A stretch of DNA of 64,000 bases from Candidatus Kerfeldbacteria bacterium. GTDB lineage: Bacteria > Patescibacteriota > Patescibacteriia > SBBC01 > CAIJZX01. Position 1 is the first letter of the stretch, and the number at the start of each line of letters is the position of its first letter. The translations under genes were made by a program, and so were the position numbers. Positions 11,712 to 25,112 of this stretch are shown piece by piece. The stretch is from NCBI GenBank assembly GCA_016193315.1, contig JACPSJ010000001.1:727478-791477 (forward strand). Direction: 5' to 3'. The notes beneath the pieces are model-generated. The model saw nothing but the letters and a program-made list of their open reading frames with translations. It did not search any database and was not told the origin of the DNA.

Positions 11712-12209
11712 CTATCGACAAATACCTTTAACCTCCATCACCTCAGCGATCAGCGTACGGCGCCGATATATGATTTCATGCTTTTGGATCGAACTGAATG
11801 CCCGCGCGAGGGCGATTTCTGAAACTTCATAGCGAAGCCCCGCGAAGCTTGCGTCACCTTCAATGAGGCTGGCTTTCTTTCGTTGCCACCGCTGTCGACG
11901 CGCCCACCGCAAGAATTTGTAAACCTGCTCGCTGTCTTCTGATTTCACGACATATCCCCAGTAGTGCGTCTGCCAACACGGTCGCGCCCGATACCAAACT
12001 GTCGTTACGCCGCTGAAAGGATTTGACCCAACCCACACATCCTCCCAAAACCACCGTCTGGTCCGTGGTCTGCCGCCGCGAGGATATTGCAAGATATCTA
12101 CACCCGGCCTGGTTTTCCTTTTCAGGCTTCGCGCCTCGGCATCATAACCATTGTGTTTTGCTTCCTCCATGAAACGTATGATTTGCCTGTAGGTCGGATA
12201 CTTGTTCAT
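11712..12209 (-). CDS. DUF5680-like protein
   Basis: EAKHNGY...WEDVWVGSNPFSGVTTVW...WQTHYWG...VYKFLR pattern. Confidence 0.6.
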   Translation of the reverse strand: MNKYPTYRQIIRFMEEAKHNGYDAEARSLKRKTRPGVDILQYPRGGRPRTRRWFWEDVWVGSNPFSGVTTVWYRARPCWQTHYWGYVVKSEDSEQVYKFLRWARRQRWQRKKASLIEGDASFAGLRYEVSEIALARAFSSIQKHEIIYRRRTLIAEVMEVKGICR

Positions 12210-12215
12210 AAACCC

Positions 12216-15206
12216 TTAGACGGCTCTAAATTCACAGATTTCTCTGTAATCACAAAACCTACAAACCATCGGACTCGGCGTGGCCCGAAAATCGCCAGAC
12301 TGGATTTTCTTGACCGTGCCCCGAATCCAGTCGAGCGTGGTGGCTGAATCCCTGGCTGACGGTTTCATGGTCTTGGCTTCGTTCGCATCGATGAAGTAGT
12401 ATGCCAGTTCTTTCACCTCAGCGTTGAGAATCGATGGGTCTTGCGCCGCTAAAGCGTAGATGAGCAGCTGGTACTTATCGTCTTTTTCAAATTTTTCTTT
12501 CATTTTTCCTGTTTTGTAGTCGACAATCCTTACTTCCCGTTTATGCGCAGATTCGTCTGCCACATTCGTAGATTCGTTATCTGAATTCGTGGTCTCGTAG
12601 TCATCAACCCGGTCAATCTTACCGCTAATCACAAACTGATCGACTTTGAGATTGAATGTTTGCTCCAGCCGAAGCACGTTCGGCATGGCCTTGGTCGTTT
12701 TCTCGTACCACATCGATAACGCATCCTTCCCTTGTTGATAGTACTTTTTGCGTTCCGCTTTCGTCGGATACCATTCGTCGATGAATGATCGATCGTAGAT
12801 TGTCCAAAGTTCCGGTAAGGTGACTAATTCTTTGCTGTCGCCTTTGTTCTTCTGCCGCTCCTTCCAGAGCATGAAGAAGTTGTAGAGCGTTTGATGGATC
12901 GAGGAGCCATACGATAAAACATGACTCCCCTTTTTCGGCACCTGGAGCACGAAGGCGTAGCGGTACTTCCAGGGGCATTCGTTGTAGGTTGCCAGCTTGG
13001 TGAAGCTGAAGCTTTTTTCTCGTTTGGCGTAGGCCGCAAGCTCTTTCTTCTCAGGTGGGGTGGGGCGGAATTGACGATCGGGCGGCGGTCGTTTCCTCGC
13101 GGCGCCGGGCCCAGTGCCGACTTCAGCCGGCGGAGTTAATAATCCCAATTCATACAGAAACGGTGACGGCTTTTTCCGCCGCTGCCCGCCATAGTCTTCG
13201 GCCAGGGTGAAGAACACGCCGTCCCGGGCGCGGGTAATCGCCACATACATCAACCGTCGTTCTTCCTGCACGTGGGCGTCGCCTTGGGGCAGGATTTCTC
13301 GGACCAGGGCATCAGGTACTGGGATCGGATCTTTGCGGTCCAGGCCGGGAAAACGCTGCTCCACGACGTTGCCGATGAACACATAAGGAAACTCCAGCCC
13401 TTTGGCCGAGTGGATGGTCATGATTTTGATGGTGTCCGGACTCGATGTTCCCAAATCATGCTCGAGACCGCCGCTATCGCCGGATTCCGTAACATGGTCG
13501 ATGTACCGCAAGAATGTTTTGACCGTCGCCGGACGCTCGCCGTGTTGGAAGATCTCAATGAGTTTGAACACTTGTCTCAGCAGCGCGACCTGCTGCTGAG
13601 ACTGAACCGATTCTTCTTTCGTGATCGACTGTAAATAGCCCGAGTCGTTGAGGAAATGGAGTAACACTTCGCCGACGGGCTTCGTGTTCGCCAGTTCGGT
13701 ATGCTTGGCCACTAGCTGCTTCAACCTGGCGATCCCGTGGCGACTTGCGTCGCTGCAGGCTACATCATCGTGCTGCAGCTGTTCGAACAACGACCGCGTT
13801 TTCTTCTTGGCTCGGTACGACAGTTCAACCACATCGCCGTGGTCAATACCCCAGATGGGCATGGCCAGGACCCGATAGAGTGCGGCGTTCTCGTGGTAGT
13901 TGTCGAGTAGTCGCAGATAGGCCAGCACGTCCAGCACCAGCGGCTTGGTAAACAACCCGCGGGCCGCCAGGAAGACGTAAGGCCAGCCGCGGCGTTCAAA
14001 CTCATTGACAAACATTTGGGCATGGTCATTCGCCCGCACGAGAACACAAAAAGAATCCCAGCCTAAACCCTTATTCCTTAACCGTAAACCCTCAATCTTC
14101 TCCGCTGCTCCACGCGCTTCAGCTTCTTGGGTATCAACACGAATGTCGCCAATCTCACCCTTTCCTTCACGCTGGGCTTTGAGTTTCTTCACCACCGCGG
14201 TGCCATCCACGAGTTGTTGTTTTGCCTCGAGCCGATCAGGATTGTTTTTTTGGATGAAGGCATGAGCTACATCGAGGATTGACTGTTTCGTCCGGTAGTT
14301 CTTGGTTAAGACAACCACCCTTGACTCCGGGAAATCTTTCTTGAACCCCAAGATGTTGGAGACTGACGCCCCGCGGAACTTATAAATCGACTGGTCATCG
14401 TCACCCACGACGGTCAAGTTATTCCTCGCTGCACCAATTAACTTAATCAACTCATACTGCGCCCAGTTCGTGTCCTGAAATTCGTCGACGAGAACATACT
14501 GAAATTGCTGCTGATATTTTTGGAGAATGGCCGGGCGCCCACGCAGCAACCGCAAGCAGTACAAGATCAAGTCGCCAAAATCGAGGGCGTTGCTGTCCAG
14601 CAGCAGTTGGTTGTACCGTTCGTAGGCCTTAGCTAGTTCCAAAACTCGATCCGCCTCGGCCCGGTCAGCCGTCAATCCCTTTTTGCCCTTGGCCGCTGAT
14701 TTAGCGTACTTCAAGTATTCGGACGGCGAAATATCTTCGTCTTTGAGGCGCGAGAAGTGTTTCACAAGCGCGGAAATAAACTTTGTCGGGTTGCCAAGTG
14801 GTCGGTAATAATCCAGGGCGAATGCATCAAGATGTTCACGGATCAACAGCCACTGGTCGGTTTGCGACAATAGCTTAAAATCGTTTGATAAACCGATATC
14901 GAGCGCGTGCGCCTGCAGCAGTCGCTGCCCGAAACTGTGAAACGTCATGACCCACAAGTCGAGGTAACCGAACGGCAAAATCCGTTCCACCCGATCTTGC
15001 ATTTCGCCGGCAGCTTTGTCAGTAAAGGTCAGGGCTAAGATGCTATCCGACGGCACATGTTCATTCATAATCAAATGCGCCAGCCGTTCGGTAATAACGG
15101 TGGTTTTCCCAGTTCCAGCCCCGGCGACGATCAATAAGGGCCCGCGGCCGTGCGTGATGGCGGCTTGTTGTTCTTTATTTACTTTTTCAGGAATGACGCC
15201 GGGCAT
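12216..15206 (-). CDS. UvrD/PcrA-family helicase fused to a C-terminal PD-(D/E)XK nuclease with 4-Cys cluster
   Basis: AGAGTGKT, VDEFQD, VGDDDQSIY, TIHSAKGLEF, YVAITRA; C-terminal CPWKY, GKIDRVD, VDYKTG, QLLIY, CRFCDYREIC. Confidence 0.92.
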   Translation of the reverse strand: MPGVIPEKVNKEQQAAITHGRGPLLIVAGAGTGKTTVITERLAHLIMNEHVPSDSILALTFTDKAAGEMQDRVERILPFGYLDLWVMTFHSFGQRLLQAHALDIGLSNDFKLLSQTDQWLLIREHLDAFALDYYRPLGNPTKFISALVKHFSRLKDEDISPSEYLKYAKSAAKGKKGLTADRAEADRVLELAKAYERYNQLLLDSNALDFGDLILYCLRLLRGRPAILQKYQQQFQYVLVDEFQDTNWAQYELIKLIGAARNNLTVVGDDDQSIYKFRGASVSNILGFKKDFPESRVVVLTKNYRTKQSILDVAHAFIQKNNPDRLEAKQQLVDGTAVVKKLKAQREGKGEIGDIRVDTQEAEARGAAEKIEGLRLRNKGLGWDSFCVLVRANDHAQMFVNEFERRGWPYVFLAARGLFTKPLVLDVLAYLRLLDNYHENAALYRVLAMPIWGIDHGDVVELSYRAKKKTRSLFEQLQHDDVACSDASRHGIARLKQLVAKHTELANTKPVGEVLLHFLNDSGYLQSITKEESVQSQQQVALLRQVFKLIEIFQHGERPATVKTFLRYIDHVTESGDSGGLEHDLGTSSPDTIKIMTIHSAKGLEFPYVFIGNVVEQRFPGLDRKDPIPVPDALVREILPQGDAHVQEERRLMYVAITRARDGVFFTLAEDYGGQRRKKPSPFLYELGLLTPPAEVGTGPGAARKRPPPDRQFRPTPPEKKELAAYAKREKSFSFTKLATYNECPWKYRYAFVLQVPKKGSHVLSYGSSIHQTLYNFFMLWKERQKNKGDSKELVTLPELWTIYDRSFIDEWYPTKAERKKYYQQGKDALSMWYEKTTKAMPNVLRLEQTFNLKVDQFVISGKIDRVDDYETTNSDNESTNVADESAHKREVRIVDYKTGKMKEKFEKDDKYQLLIYALAAQDPSILNAEVKELAYYFIDANEAKTMKPSARDSATTLDWIRGTVKKIQSGDFRATPSPMVCRFCDYREICEFRAV

Positions 15207-15274
15207 GGCGTTATTCTACCACGAACAGAAAAAGCCCCACGAGGTCATAGCCCGTGGGAGCAGAGAAAGAGTCG

Positions 15275-16012
15275 TCATCGAGGTCGACCAGAAGCCAACC
15301 CTGGTGGCGGAACGTAGAAGGCGACGATTTCGGCGTCGGTCAGTCCGGCCAGGTAGCTACCAGCGAAGCCGCGATCCAGCTCCCGCAAACGCCCGAAGAC
15401 CCGCTCCGGAAAGTCTGCTTGGCCGCTGTGCGCGTAGAGCGTTAGCCAGAGCAGGCCGTGGACGTTCCGCTGGTAATCAGGATCGGACGAGTCGAGCTTG
15501 AGGATTCTGCCCCGACCGAGGTTCTGACCGTTGACAACCAGTACGTTCTCGAACAGAACGCGCATCAGGCCTCCATACCACTCCAGAATCCGCTGGCACC
15601 CTGGGTTGTCCGGAAACTGGTGCTCGTCGAACAGCCCGATCTTGTCATCGAAGTTACGGAGTTCGATCGGTTCGTCGTCCAGTAAGCCTTCGACACCGCC
15701 TTCGGTCGCATACGTGACACTGAAACCGAAGTGTTCGATGACGGCCGCGTTGGCGACCCGAATGACGGTACGTCTGGCTGGCCAGTCGAGGATACCGATG
15801 GCAACCCTGACGCCAACTTTGTTTCGGTCAACATCAACCCAAATGGGCTGGCGCCCGCGTTGCCGCTCCTCATCGAGTAGCCGCATCCACTCCGGCCATT
15901 GCTCTTGACATGATTGGCAGGTAATCCGGCCAGCATCATCGGTGTATCGTTCTCCACTGGCCATCGTGTCTTCGGCCCCACATGCTGGACAAGCACCAAG
16001 TAATCGCATCAT
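15275..16012 (-). CDS. hypothetical protein with N-terminal Zn ribbon
   Basis: CPAC...CQSC; G-rich SD; upstream promoter-like TTGACT. Confidence 0.6.
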   Translation of the reverse strand: MMRLLGACPACGAEDTMASGERYTDDAGRITCQSCQEQWPEWMRLLDEERQRGRQPIWVDVDRNKVGVRVAIGILDWPARRTVIRVANAAVIEHFGFSVTYATEGGVEGLLDDEPIELRNFDDKIGLFDEHQFPDNPGCQRILEWYGGLMRVLFENVLVVNGQNLGRGRILKLDSSDPDYQRNVHGLLWLTLYAHSGQADFPERVFGRLRELDRGFAGSYLAGLTDAEIVAFYVPPPGLASGRPR

Positions 16013-16246
16013 CCCCCCTTGGAAAGATCGACTCACCCTTCTTACGCTTCGATGACAAGAAAGTCAAATCCGTTAGAATTTGAGCGACAGTGGTTTTCCC
16101 GAAAGAGTTAGAGGAAGCTTAAATTCTTAGTTTTTTCGCACCGCCATCTCGGCCACTTCTAGCGTGGTTAAGCCCGAATAACGCTATGTCAACTTCGCGG
16201 TTACAAAAATCACCTGTTCGGCAGGAGCAGAACGGCATCCTTAGAC

Positions 16247-16495
16247 TTACGCAATCGCCAACTCGTCTTCGGTGGCGATCCCCTTCTTGACCAGGATGTC
16301 GCGGATTTTTTCGTGTTGGGCCCGAAGCACCAGCCATTCTTCGTCATGCCGGCGGACAATTTTCACGACGCCATCGACAGTCGTCGTCAGGAGACGAAGA
16401 TCGTGCTTGATGTCTCTGGTATCTCGCTTAATCGGCTCGACTTCTTTAACGACTATCTCCCGAATGCCTTTGAGGTCTTGATTCGTGAGCGGCAT
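16247..16495 (-). CDS. small coiled-coil hypothetical protein
   Basis: MPLTNQDLKGIREIV... amphipathic helix; -10-like TATCCT just upstream. Confidence 0.7.
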   Translation of the reverse strand: MPLTNQDLKGIREIVVKEVEPIKRDTRDIKHDLRLLTTTVDGVVKIVRRHDEEWLVLRAQHEKIRDILVKKGIATEDELAIA

Positions 16496-16571
16496 GGTGG
16501 GGCAAGGATAACGCTAGCTCCCAGCGATGTCAAGCGGTGACTAACATGAAGTTACAGGTCGCTCCCTCAGT

Positions 16572-16988
16572 CTAATGAATTTCCTTAAACGCCACCCCCC
16601 CTTTCCTTTCCAAGGTCGCCAGAAAGGTGCCGACTCTAACATCCGGTGCGGTTTGTTGAACCAGCTTCTTGGCTTCTATCAAATCTGCGCGGTGTCGTTC
16701 GATCTCGGCTGATTCATCGGGAAAAATCTTCCCATATGCCCCGCAATCGCGGTGGTTGATGATGATCACTTCCTCAATCTGATGGAGGTGTTTGGCGATC
16801 TTGATTTGCCGCAGGATAAACTCTCGGTCGGTCGGATGATTGGGGTCAACCAGGTTTTTGGCAGCTCCAGCCACAGACACATCGTCGTACTGATCAAGTA
16901 ATCCCCGTTGCTTCATGAAATGCACGATTTCGTGAATGAATCGGAAATCGAGGCAGTGGAGAACGAGGGCTTTCGCTTGGTGTGGCAT
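16572..16988 (-). CDS. beta-class carbonic anhydrase-like protein
   Basis: CxDxR (HCLDFRF) and HxxC (HRDCGAY) zinc ligands; start at MPHQAK. Confidence 0.8.
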   Translation of the reverse strand: MPHQAKALVLHCLDFRFIHEIVHFMKQRGLLDQYDDVSVAGAAKNLVDPNHPTDREFILRQIKIAKHLHQIEEVIIINHRDCGAYGKIFPDESAEIERHRADLIEAKKLVQQTAPDVRVGTFLATLERKGGVAFKEIH

Positions 16989-17050
16989 CGTTTGGAATAA
17001 AAAACGGACTGGTAGTCTACCAGTCCAAAAGGGCGGGAGCAAGTGAGCCG

Positions 17051-17692
17051 TTAGGCGGCCACCAGATCGAGTAGCCCCGGCGCCACGCGCTCCAGAAACT
17101 GCCGATCGCTGGAGCGCATGACCGTTGTGATCGGCAACTCGTCGAAGAGTGAATGTCGGCAGGCGATGACGCGCGTTTTCTGATGTTCGCGGCCAAGCTT
17201 GTCGTAACGACGGTGCCAGGTGATGCAAACTCTGATCGGTTCCGGGGTCCACTGTTCCTCCTCGGCCGCCCGGAGAATGACTCGTTGACCATCGCGAGAC
17301 AGCCACTGCCGCTGGGCGACAGTCACGCCCTCCTCGGCACACCAACCGCATTCTTCACCGTGGGCCCCGGCGAAAAAAATCCTGATTCCGCGTTTCTCAA
17401 CGGCGGTCCGGAACTCCCCGAGCATGAAGCGGGCATCACTGAGACGGTAGTCAGGACAGCGAGGAGACAGGCGGGTGATGCCGCCGAAGAACGGAACCGG
17501 CAGGGTCAGACAACGAACGACGCGTTCAATCTCCTCCTTCTTGTTCCAGTACGTCCGGTCGTCATTGCAGTCGTTGACGCCGACCAGCGTGTACGTTCCG
17601 GAAGGCCGACGGAGCTTAGTGTAGACGCCTCGGTCGGCTAGGGCCACACTAACTAACGCCCCGGCCGGCTGCGGTTCTGACGGATGGAACAT
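17051..17692 (-). CDS. hypothetical protein
   Basis: AAGGAGG SD before ATG; hairpin terminator at about 17000-17030. Confidence 0.6.
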   Translation of the reverse strand: MFHPSEPQPAGALVSVALADRGVYTKLRRPSGTYTLVGVNDCNDDRTYWNKKEEIERVVRCLTLPVPFFGGITRLSPRCPDYRLSDARFMLGEFRTAVEKRGIRIFFAGAHGEECGWCAEEGVTVAQRQWLSRDGQRVILRAAEEEQWTPEPIRVCITWHRRYDKLGREHQKTRVIACRHSLFDELPITTVMRSSDRQFLERVAPGLLDLVAA

Positions 17693-17970
17693 CAACCCTC
17701 CTTGATGACCGGGTAAACTCGGTGGTCATAACGTGCCAGGCCGCCCTCTTCATGCCGGTACTGCGGGTGGCGGTCAGTGACCTCGTCCACGGAACCGTGC
17801 GCTCTGACAAGCCTACGGTAAAGTTGCAGTAGGCTGACAACTTTGGAATCTGTCAGGGTACCCTCCTTGTGCGGGTGCGATCGGGCAACAAAAGAACCAA
17901 CAAAAAGCCGGGACCACCGATACTACCTGGTCCAAAGAGGTTTGTCAATCCCGTCAGAATTGGATCAGCT

Positions 17971-18426
17971 CTATTCCGGCCGAACCCCCTCGTGCGTGAT
18001 TCCGTGGTGTCCGCGATGGCGGAAACGCCGGATCACATGCAGCCGGGCCAAGTCGCGTTCGAGCTTGGCCAGCATCCCGGCGTACTCCTCAACATCGACA
18101 TGCTTCGCCTGCTTCAACTGCTCGGCCCGCTGTCGTGCCTCTTCAGCCCGTTGTTCATCAATCTCTTCCACGTGCTCGGCCGTGTCCGCCAAAACTGTAA
18201 GTTTCTGGCCATCGACCTCCACAAAACCGCCGCCGATGGCATATGGGTGTTCTTGACTGTCCTGGCGGATGATCATGGCCCCCGGCTTGAGGACCGCCAC
18301 CAAAGGCATGTGCTGAGCTAAGACCGTGATTTCACCTTCTGTGGTTGGTAAGGTAACACTTTCAACGACGTTTTCGTAGACGACACGTTCGGGAGTGGTG
18401 ATGACGAGGCGAAAAGAGGTAGCCAA
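17971..18426 (-). CDS. atpC: ATP synthase F1 epsilon subunit
   Basis: LVITTPER, GEITVLAQHMP, GGFVEV; operon position. Confidence 0.95.
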   Translation of the reverse strand: MATSFRLVITTPERVVYENVVESVTLPTTEGEITVLAQHMPLVAVLKPGAMIIRQDSQEHPYAIGGGFVEVDGQKLTVLADTAEHVEEIDEQRAEEARQRAEQLKQAKHVDVEEYAGMLAKLERDLARLHVIRRFRHRGHHGITHEGVRPE

Positions 18427-18440
18427 TCGACAGGTAATAA

Positions 18441-20726
<2,286 letters not shown>

Positions 20727-20734
<8 letters not shown>

Positions 20735-22223
20735 GGGGACTGGAAAAATCCTTGATCAGTTTGTTCAGTTGCTGCTCCAAGTCCTCAGACAAATTTCCAG
20801 ATTTCATCAAAGATTGCTGCCACTGTTGTCCACTCGTGTCGAGCCAGCGATGGAAATCATGTTCCCATTGCGACAGCGATTCGACAGCTACCCGGTCTAG
20901 GTGCCCCTGATTGGCAGCATAGAGAATCGCCACCTGATGTGGCGCAGACATTGGCTGGTATTGTCCCTGCTTCAGGATTTCCGTGATTCGTTTTCCGCGA
21001 TCAAGCTGCTGACGGGTCGATTCATCGAGTTCCGAACCAAACTGGGCAAAGGCGGCCAATTCGCGATACTGGGCTAAGGCTAAACGAATCTGGCCGGCCA
21101 CCTTTTTCATGGCTGGCGTCTGGGCGGCCGAACCGACCCGCGACACGGACAACCCAACATTGAGTGCTGGCCGGATGCCTTGATAGAAAAGATCTGATTC
21201 CAGGTAAATCTGACCGTCGGTGATGGAAATGACGTTGGTCGGAATGTAGGCGGAAACGTCACCGGCCTGGGTTTCAATGATCGGCAACGCGGTCAACGAG
21301 CCGCCGCCGTGTTCTGGACTGAGCTTGGCCGCCCGCTCCAACAGCCGGGAGTGAACGTAGAAAATATCACCGGGATACGCTTCCCGACCAGGTGGCCGGC
21401 GGAGGAGGAGCGACACCTGACGATAGGCCCAGGCGTGTTTCGACAAATCGTCATAGACCACCAGGACGTCCTGGCCCTGGTCCATGAAATACTCACCCAT
21501 GGCGCAGCCAGCGTAGGGCGCCAAGTACGATAGGGCCGCCGGATCTGAGGCGCCAGCCACGACCACCGTCGTGTATTCCATCGCTCCCGTCGCTTGCAAC
21601 TTGGCGACAATCCGGGCCACTTTCGATTCCTTCTGCCCAATAGCGACGTAGAAACAAACGACTTGTTGCCCGGCCTGGTTGATGATGGTATCGATGGCAA
21701 TCGCGGTTTTGCCGGTTTGACGATCGCCAATGATGAGTTCGCGCTGGCCGCGGCCGATCGGGATCATCGCGTCAATCGCCTTGAGGCCAGTTTGCAGCGG
21801 CGTATTGACTGATTGACGGCTCATCACTCCCGGCGCGATTTTCTCCACCGGATACGTTTGGTTGGCTGCTATCCGACCTTGACCGTCAAGCGGCTGCCCG
21901 AGCGGGTTGACGACCCGACCAGTGACGGCCGGACCGACTGGCACTTCGAGTAGTTGACCGGTGGCTTTGACCATCTGGCCTTCGGCAATACCGACATCAG
22001 AGCCGAGGAGAATAACGCCGACGGTGTCCTCCTCAAGGTTGAGTACGACTCCCGGCACACCGTTGACAAACTCGACCATCTCCGATGAACGCACCTGGCC
22101 CAAACCAGCCACCCGGGCAATTCCATCACCAACTTCAAGCACCGTCCCCACGTGTTCGCGTTTGGCGGTAGTTTGGAAACTCTGAAGTCCCGCCGTCAGT
22201 TGGTCAATCAGCGATTCAGACAT
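20727..22223 (-). CDS. atpA: ATP synthase F1 alpha subunit
   Basis: [25 protein letters not shown]. Confidence 0.98.
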
Positions 22224-22228
22224 GGCGG

Positions 22229-22621
22229 TCAGGTCTGAGACCAGTGGGTCTGTAACCTTTTGAGACGGGTGGCGATGGAACTATCGATGAAGGTGTCGCC
22301 GTGGCGTAGCTGCCAGCCGCCGCGGAGCGGCGGATCAAGAATTGCATCAACGGTCACTTGGCCAAGGTACTTTTGCAGCCGCGCCGCCCATTCGGCTTGA
22401 TTGATCGATCGGGCAGTGGTCAGGGTCACTCGAGTGAGGCCGGCGGCTTGATCCTCCAGTCGGCGAAGGTGGGCGAAGATGCGTGGCCATAACTTGCCGG
22501 CGCGATGACGCGAGACCAGAAGGATTCCATTCCGCACCACCTGCCAACGTTGGTTCGGTTTGGCCCGCTTCCAGGACTGGGAGAGAACCTCTGCGTATTG
22601 ACTGGCCGACAGGCGCTTCAT
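22229..22621 (-). CDS. atpH: ATP synthase F1 delta subunit (short)
   Basis: [25 protein letters not shown]; position before atpA. Confidence 0.8.
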   Translation of the reverse strand: MKRLSASQYAEVLSQSWKRAKPNQRWQVVRNGILLVSRHRAGKLWPRIFAHLRRLEDQAAGLTRVTLTTARSINQAEWAARLQKYLGQVTVDAILDPPLRGGWQLRHGDTFIDSSIATRLKRLQTHWSQT

Positions 22622-23097
22622 GATTGGGCCGCTGGTCCGGTTGACCACCGCTGGCGGAGGGCAATCTTTGCGCTCTGCCACAAGTCGACCGCCCAGATCA
22701 GATTATCGGCCGACCACACAATCCACGCTTCCCGTGTCTTCGGCAACATCCGGCCCCAAGGCCAGAAGTGCGTGCGGATTGCATGCAGGACCGTCGGATG
22801 TTCACCATAGGCGCTAGCCGCCTGCAGAGATATCCGGAAATGGTGCTGATCAGCGTTGACGAAATGCCGACGCTCCGGCATATGGCCATGGTACCAGTCG
22901 TGCAGAAAGCCTGCCCGAGCAGCGATATTGGCGTTGGCGTGAAAGAAAACCGCCAGCCGGTACGATAGTTTCCCGACGGCATAGCAGTGGCTAAACCGAT
23001 CGCGTTTCCAGTGATGATTCCGAGTTTCCCGCAGGCGTTGAATGTCTGGATGGTCCAACAGGTCGGCGATGTATTCTTCGTAAGACTTTATTCTCAC
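22618..23097 (-). CDS. HD-domain phosphohydrolase
   Basis: RFSHC...AGFLHDW...IRTHFWP...WSAD; ATGA-coupled to atpH. Confidence 0.85.
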   Translation of the reverse strand: MRIKSYEEYIADLLDHPDIQRLRETRNHHWKRDRFSHCYAVGKLSYRLAVFFHANANIAARAGFLHDWYHGHMPERRHFVNADQHHFRISLQAASAYGEHPTVLHAIRTHFWPWGRMLPKTREAWIVWSADNLIWAVDLWQSAKIALRQRWSTGPAAQS

Positions 23098-23105
23098 GGC
23101 GGTGG

Positions 23106-23603
23106 TTATTTCAGCCCCTCGAGCGCACGACGAGAGAACCGACGATCGAGATCTTCATCGAGTTCCTGATCGATCACTTTGCCCGTCGCCTGTACCACCA
23201 GGCTAGCTAGTTCACGCTTGGCTTCGGTCACCAGCTGCGCCTGCTGGCGGGCCAGCTGATCTTTCGTGCGGGCCAGGAGACGCGCTGACTCAGCCTGGGT
23301 TTCAGCCAGTTGTTGCTGACGGAGTGTTTCAGCTTGGCGCTCGGCCTGGTGGACCAGGCGCAAGGCTTCGGTCTTGGCTTCTTCCACGAGACGTTGCTTT
23401 TCTTGTTGCCAGACCTTGAACTCTTCTGCGGACTGCTTGGCCTTGGCTAAGCTATCGGCAATCGCTTGGCGGCGTCGATCGAGGAGATTGATGATCGGCC
23501 GGTAAGCAAACCGCCGCAGGATCCAGAGGACGATGCCAAACGTGATGGTGTTGGCCACCAGCAGCTTCCAGTCGATGCCGAGGGTGCGGATGAGTTCGTC
23601 CAT
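23106..23603 (-). CDS. atpF: ATP synthase F0 subunit b
   Basis: LGIDWKLL, N-terminal TM, RFAYRPI, long coiled coil. Confidence 0.95.
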   Translation of the reverse strand: MDELIRTLGIDWKLLVANTITFGIVLWILRRFAYRPIINLLDRRRQAIADSLAKAKQSAEEFKVWQQEKQRLVEEAKTEALRLVHQAERQAETLRQQQLAETQAESARLLARTKDQLARQQAQLVTEAKRELASLVVQATGKVIDQELDEDLDRRFSRRALEGLK

Positions 23604-23661
23604 AACAGTTCAATGAATGCCGGCTACTAACCTCCTACCTTAAACCTCTCACCTCTACTCC

Positions 23662-23904
<243 letters not shown>

Positions 23905-23936
23905 TCATCAGATGAGTAAGTTCCCATCATCGTCGA

Positions 23937-24683
23937 TTAATGTTCCTCGGCCGTCGCCGCGATTTTGAAAAACACCAGCGTGAGGAGGGCAAAAACGAAG
24001 GCTTGAATCAGGCCGACGAAAATCTCCAGAAAATAGAATGGTACCGGCGCCAGTAACGGGACCAGGCTGGCAATGACGAGCAGCAGCACTTCGCCGGCGA
24101 AAATGTTACCGAATAACCGGAACGAGAACGAGATCATCTTGGTGAACTCGGAAATGAACTCGATCAGGCCAACGAAGGTAAAGATTGGATTCTTGAGATT
24201 CAGAAATTTCTGGCCGTATTTCTTGGCCCCGACCGCCAAGATCCCAACGACCTGAGTTCCGATGACTGAGATCAGGGCGATGGCCAGGGTCATATTGAGA
24301 TCAGCCGACCCGGAGCGGAAGAACGGCACGAACGTTTCCCGACCATGCTCGATTTCCCGCCAGCCAATGGGGCCGAAGAATGGCAACAAACCCAACCAGT
24401 TCATGGTCAGGATGAACAGGAAAATCGTGGCCACGACCGGAAAAAAACGCCGCGTTTGTTGACGATCGTTGGTCACCGAATCGACCAGTCCCAACAGACC
24501 ATCGACCGTGGCTTCGGCCGCCACTTGCCAGCGCGAAGGCACAGCCTGTAGGCGCCGAGTCGCTCGCCGCGCCACGATGGCAATAACCGCCACCGCTGCC
24601 AGAGTGCCGATCATGCTATTGGTGATCGGAAAGCCGAGCACGTGAGCGATCGGTTCAGCCGCGAGTGAGATCGAGAGATTCAT
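23937..24683 (-). CDS. atpB: ATP synthase F0 subunit a
   Basis: SFRLFGNIFAGE, IQAFVF; start at MNLSIS. Confidence 0.97.
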   Translation of the reverse strand: MNLSISLAAEPIAHVLGFPITNSMIGTLAAVAVIAIVARRATRRLQAVPSRWQVAAEATVDGLLGLVDSVTNDRQQTRRFFPVVATIFLFILTMNWLGLLPFFGPIGWREIEHGRETFVPFFRSGSADLNMTLAIALISVIGTQVVGILAVGAKKYGQKFLNLKNPIFTFVGLIEFISEFTKMISFSFRLFGNIFAGEVLLLVIASLVPLLAPVPFYFLEIFVGLIQAFVFALLTLVFFKIAATAEEH

Positions 24684-24937
24684 GGCTTCCGGTCCGAACG
24701 GTTGGAACTTTGTTCGATGTCTTTGAGCAAACGACGAAATTTTCGAATCAGGAGTAAGGTTGTAGCCGCGACGGCAATCGCCATACCGCTCAGCAGCAGC
24801 CACGGCGAGGTGCCCAACGTTCGGTCGGCCAACCGCCCTCCCAGTCCGAACATGACCAGCGGCACGACTATCATCCAACCCAGTTCCCAGGCCAGGTTCA
24901 GCGCCTGCCAGAACGGTGAACGAGCGTCCTTGGTCAT
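24680..24937 (-). CDS. AtpZ/AtpI family protein
   Basis: GRLADRTLGTSPWLLL; first gene of the atp operon. Confidence 0.85.
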   Translation of the reverse strand: MTKDARSPFWQALNLAWELGWMIVVPLVMFGLGGRLADRTLGTSPWLLLSGMAIAVAATTLLLIRKFRRLLKDIEQSSNRSDRKP

Positions 24938-25112
24938 GCCGGGGGCGTAGTTATCCACTTCTCAAGGCGCCTACAGACTACTACTTTTTTGATGATCTTT
25001 CAAGACGGCAAAAAGAATTCCGCTAAGATTAGCCACGGCAGCACTTGACGAGAAACACGTAAAGTCTTACGGTCGTATGGTTTTCCGGTTTCGACCAAGG
25101 AGGGGAGGATCA

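Noticed and set aside
16989-17351. N-terminal extension of the carbonic anhydrase ORF in the track
   Set aside because: Overlaps the upstream gene and crosses a terminator; the family motif begins at ATG 16988.
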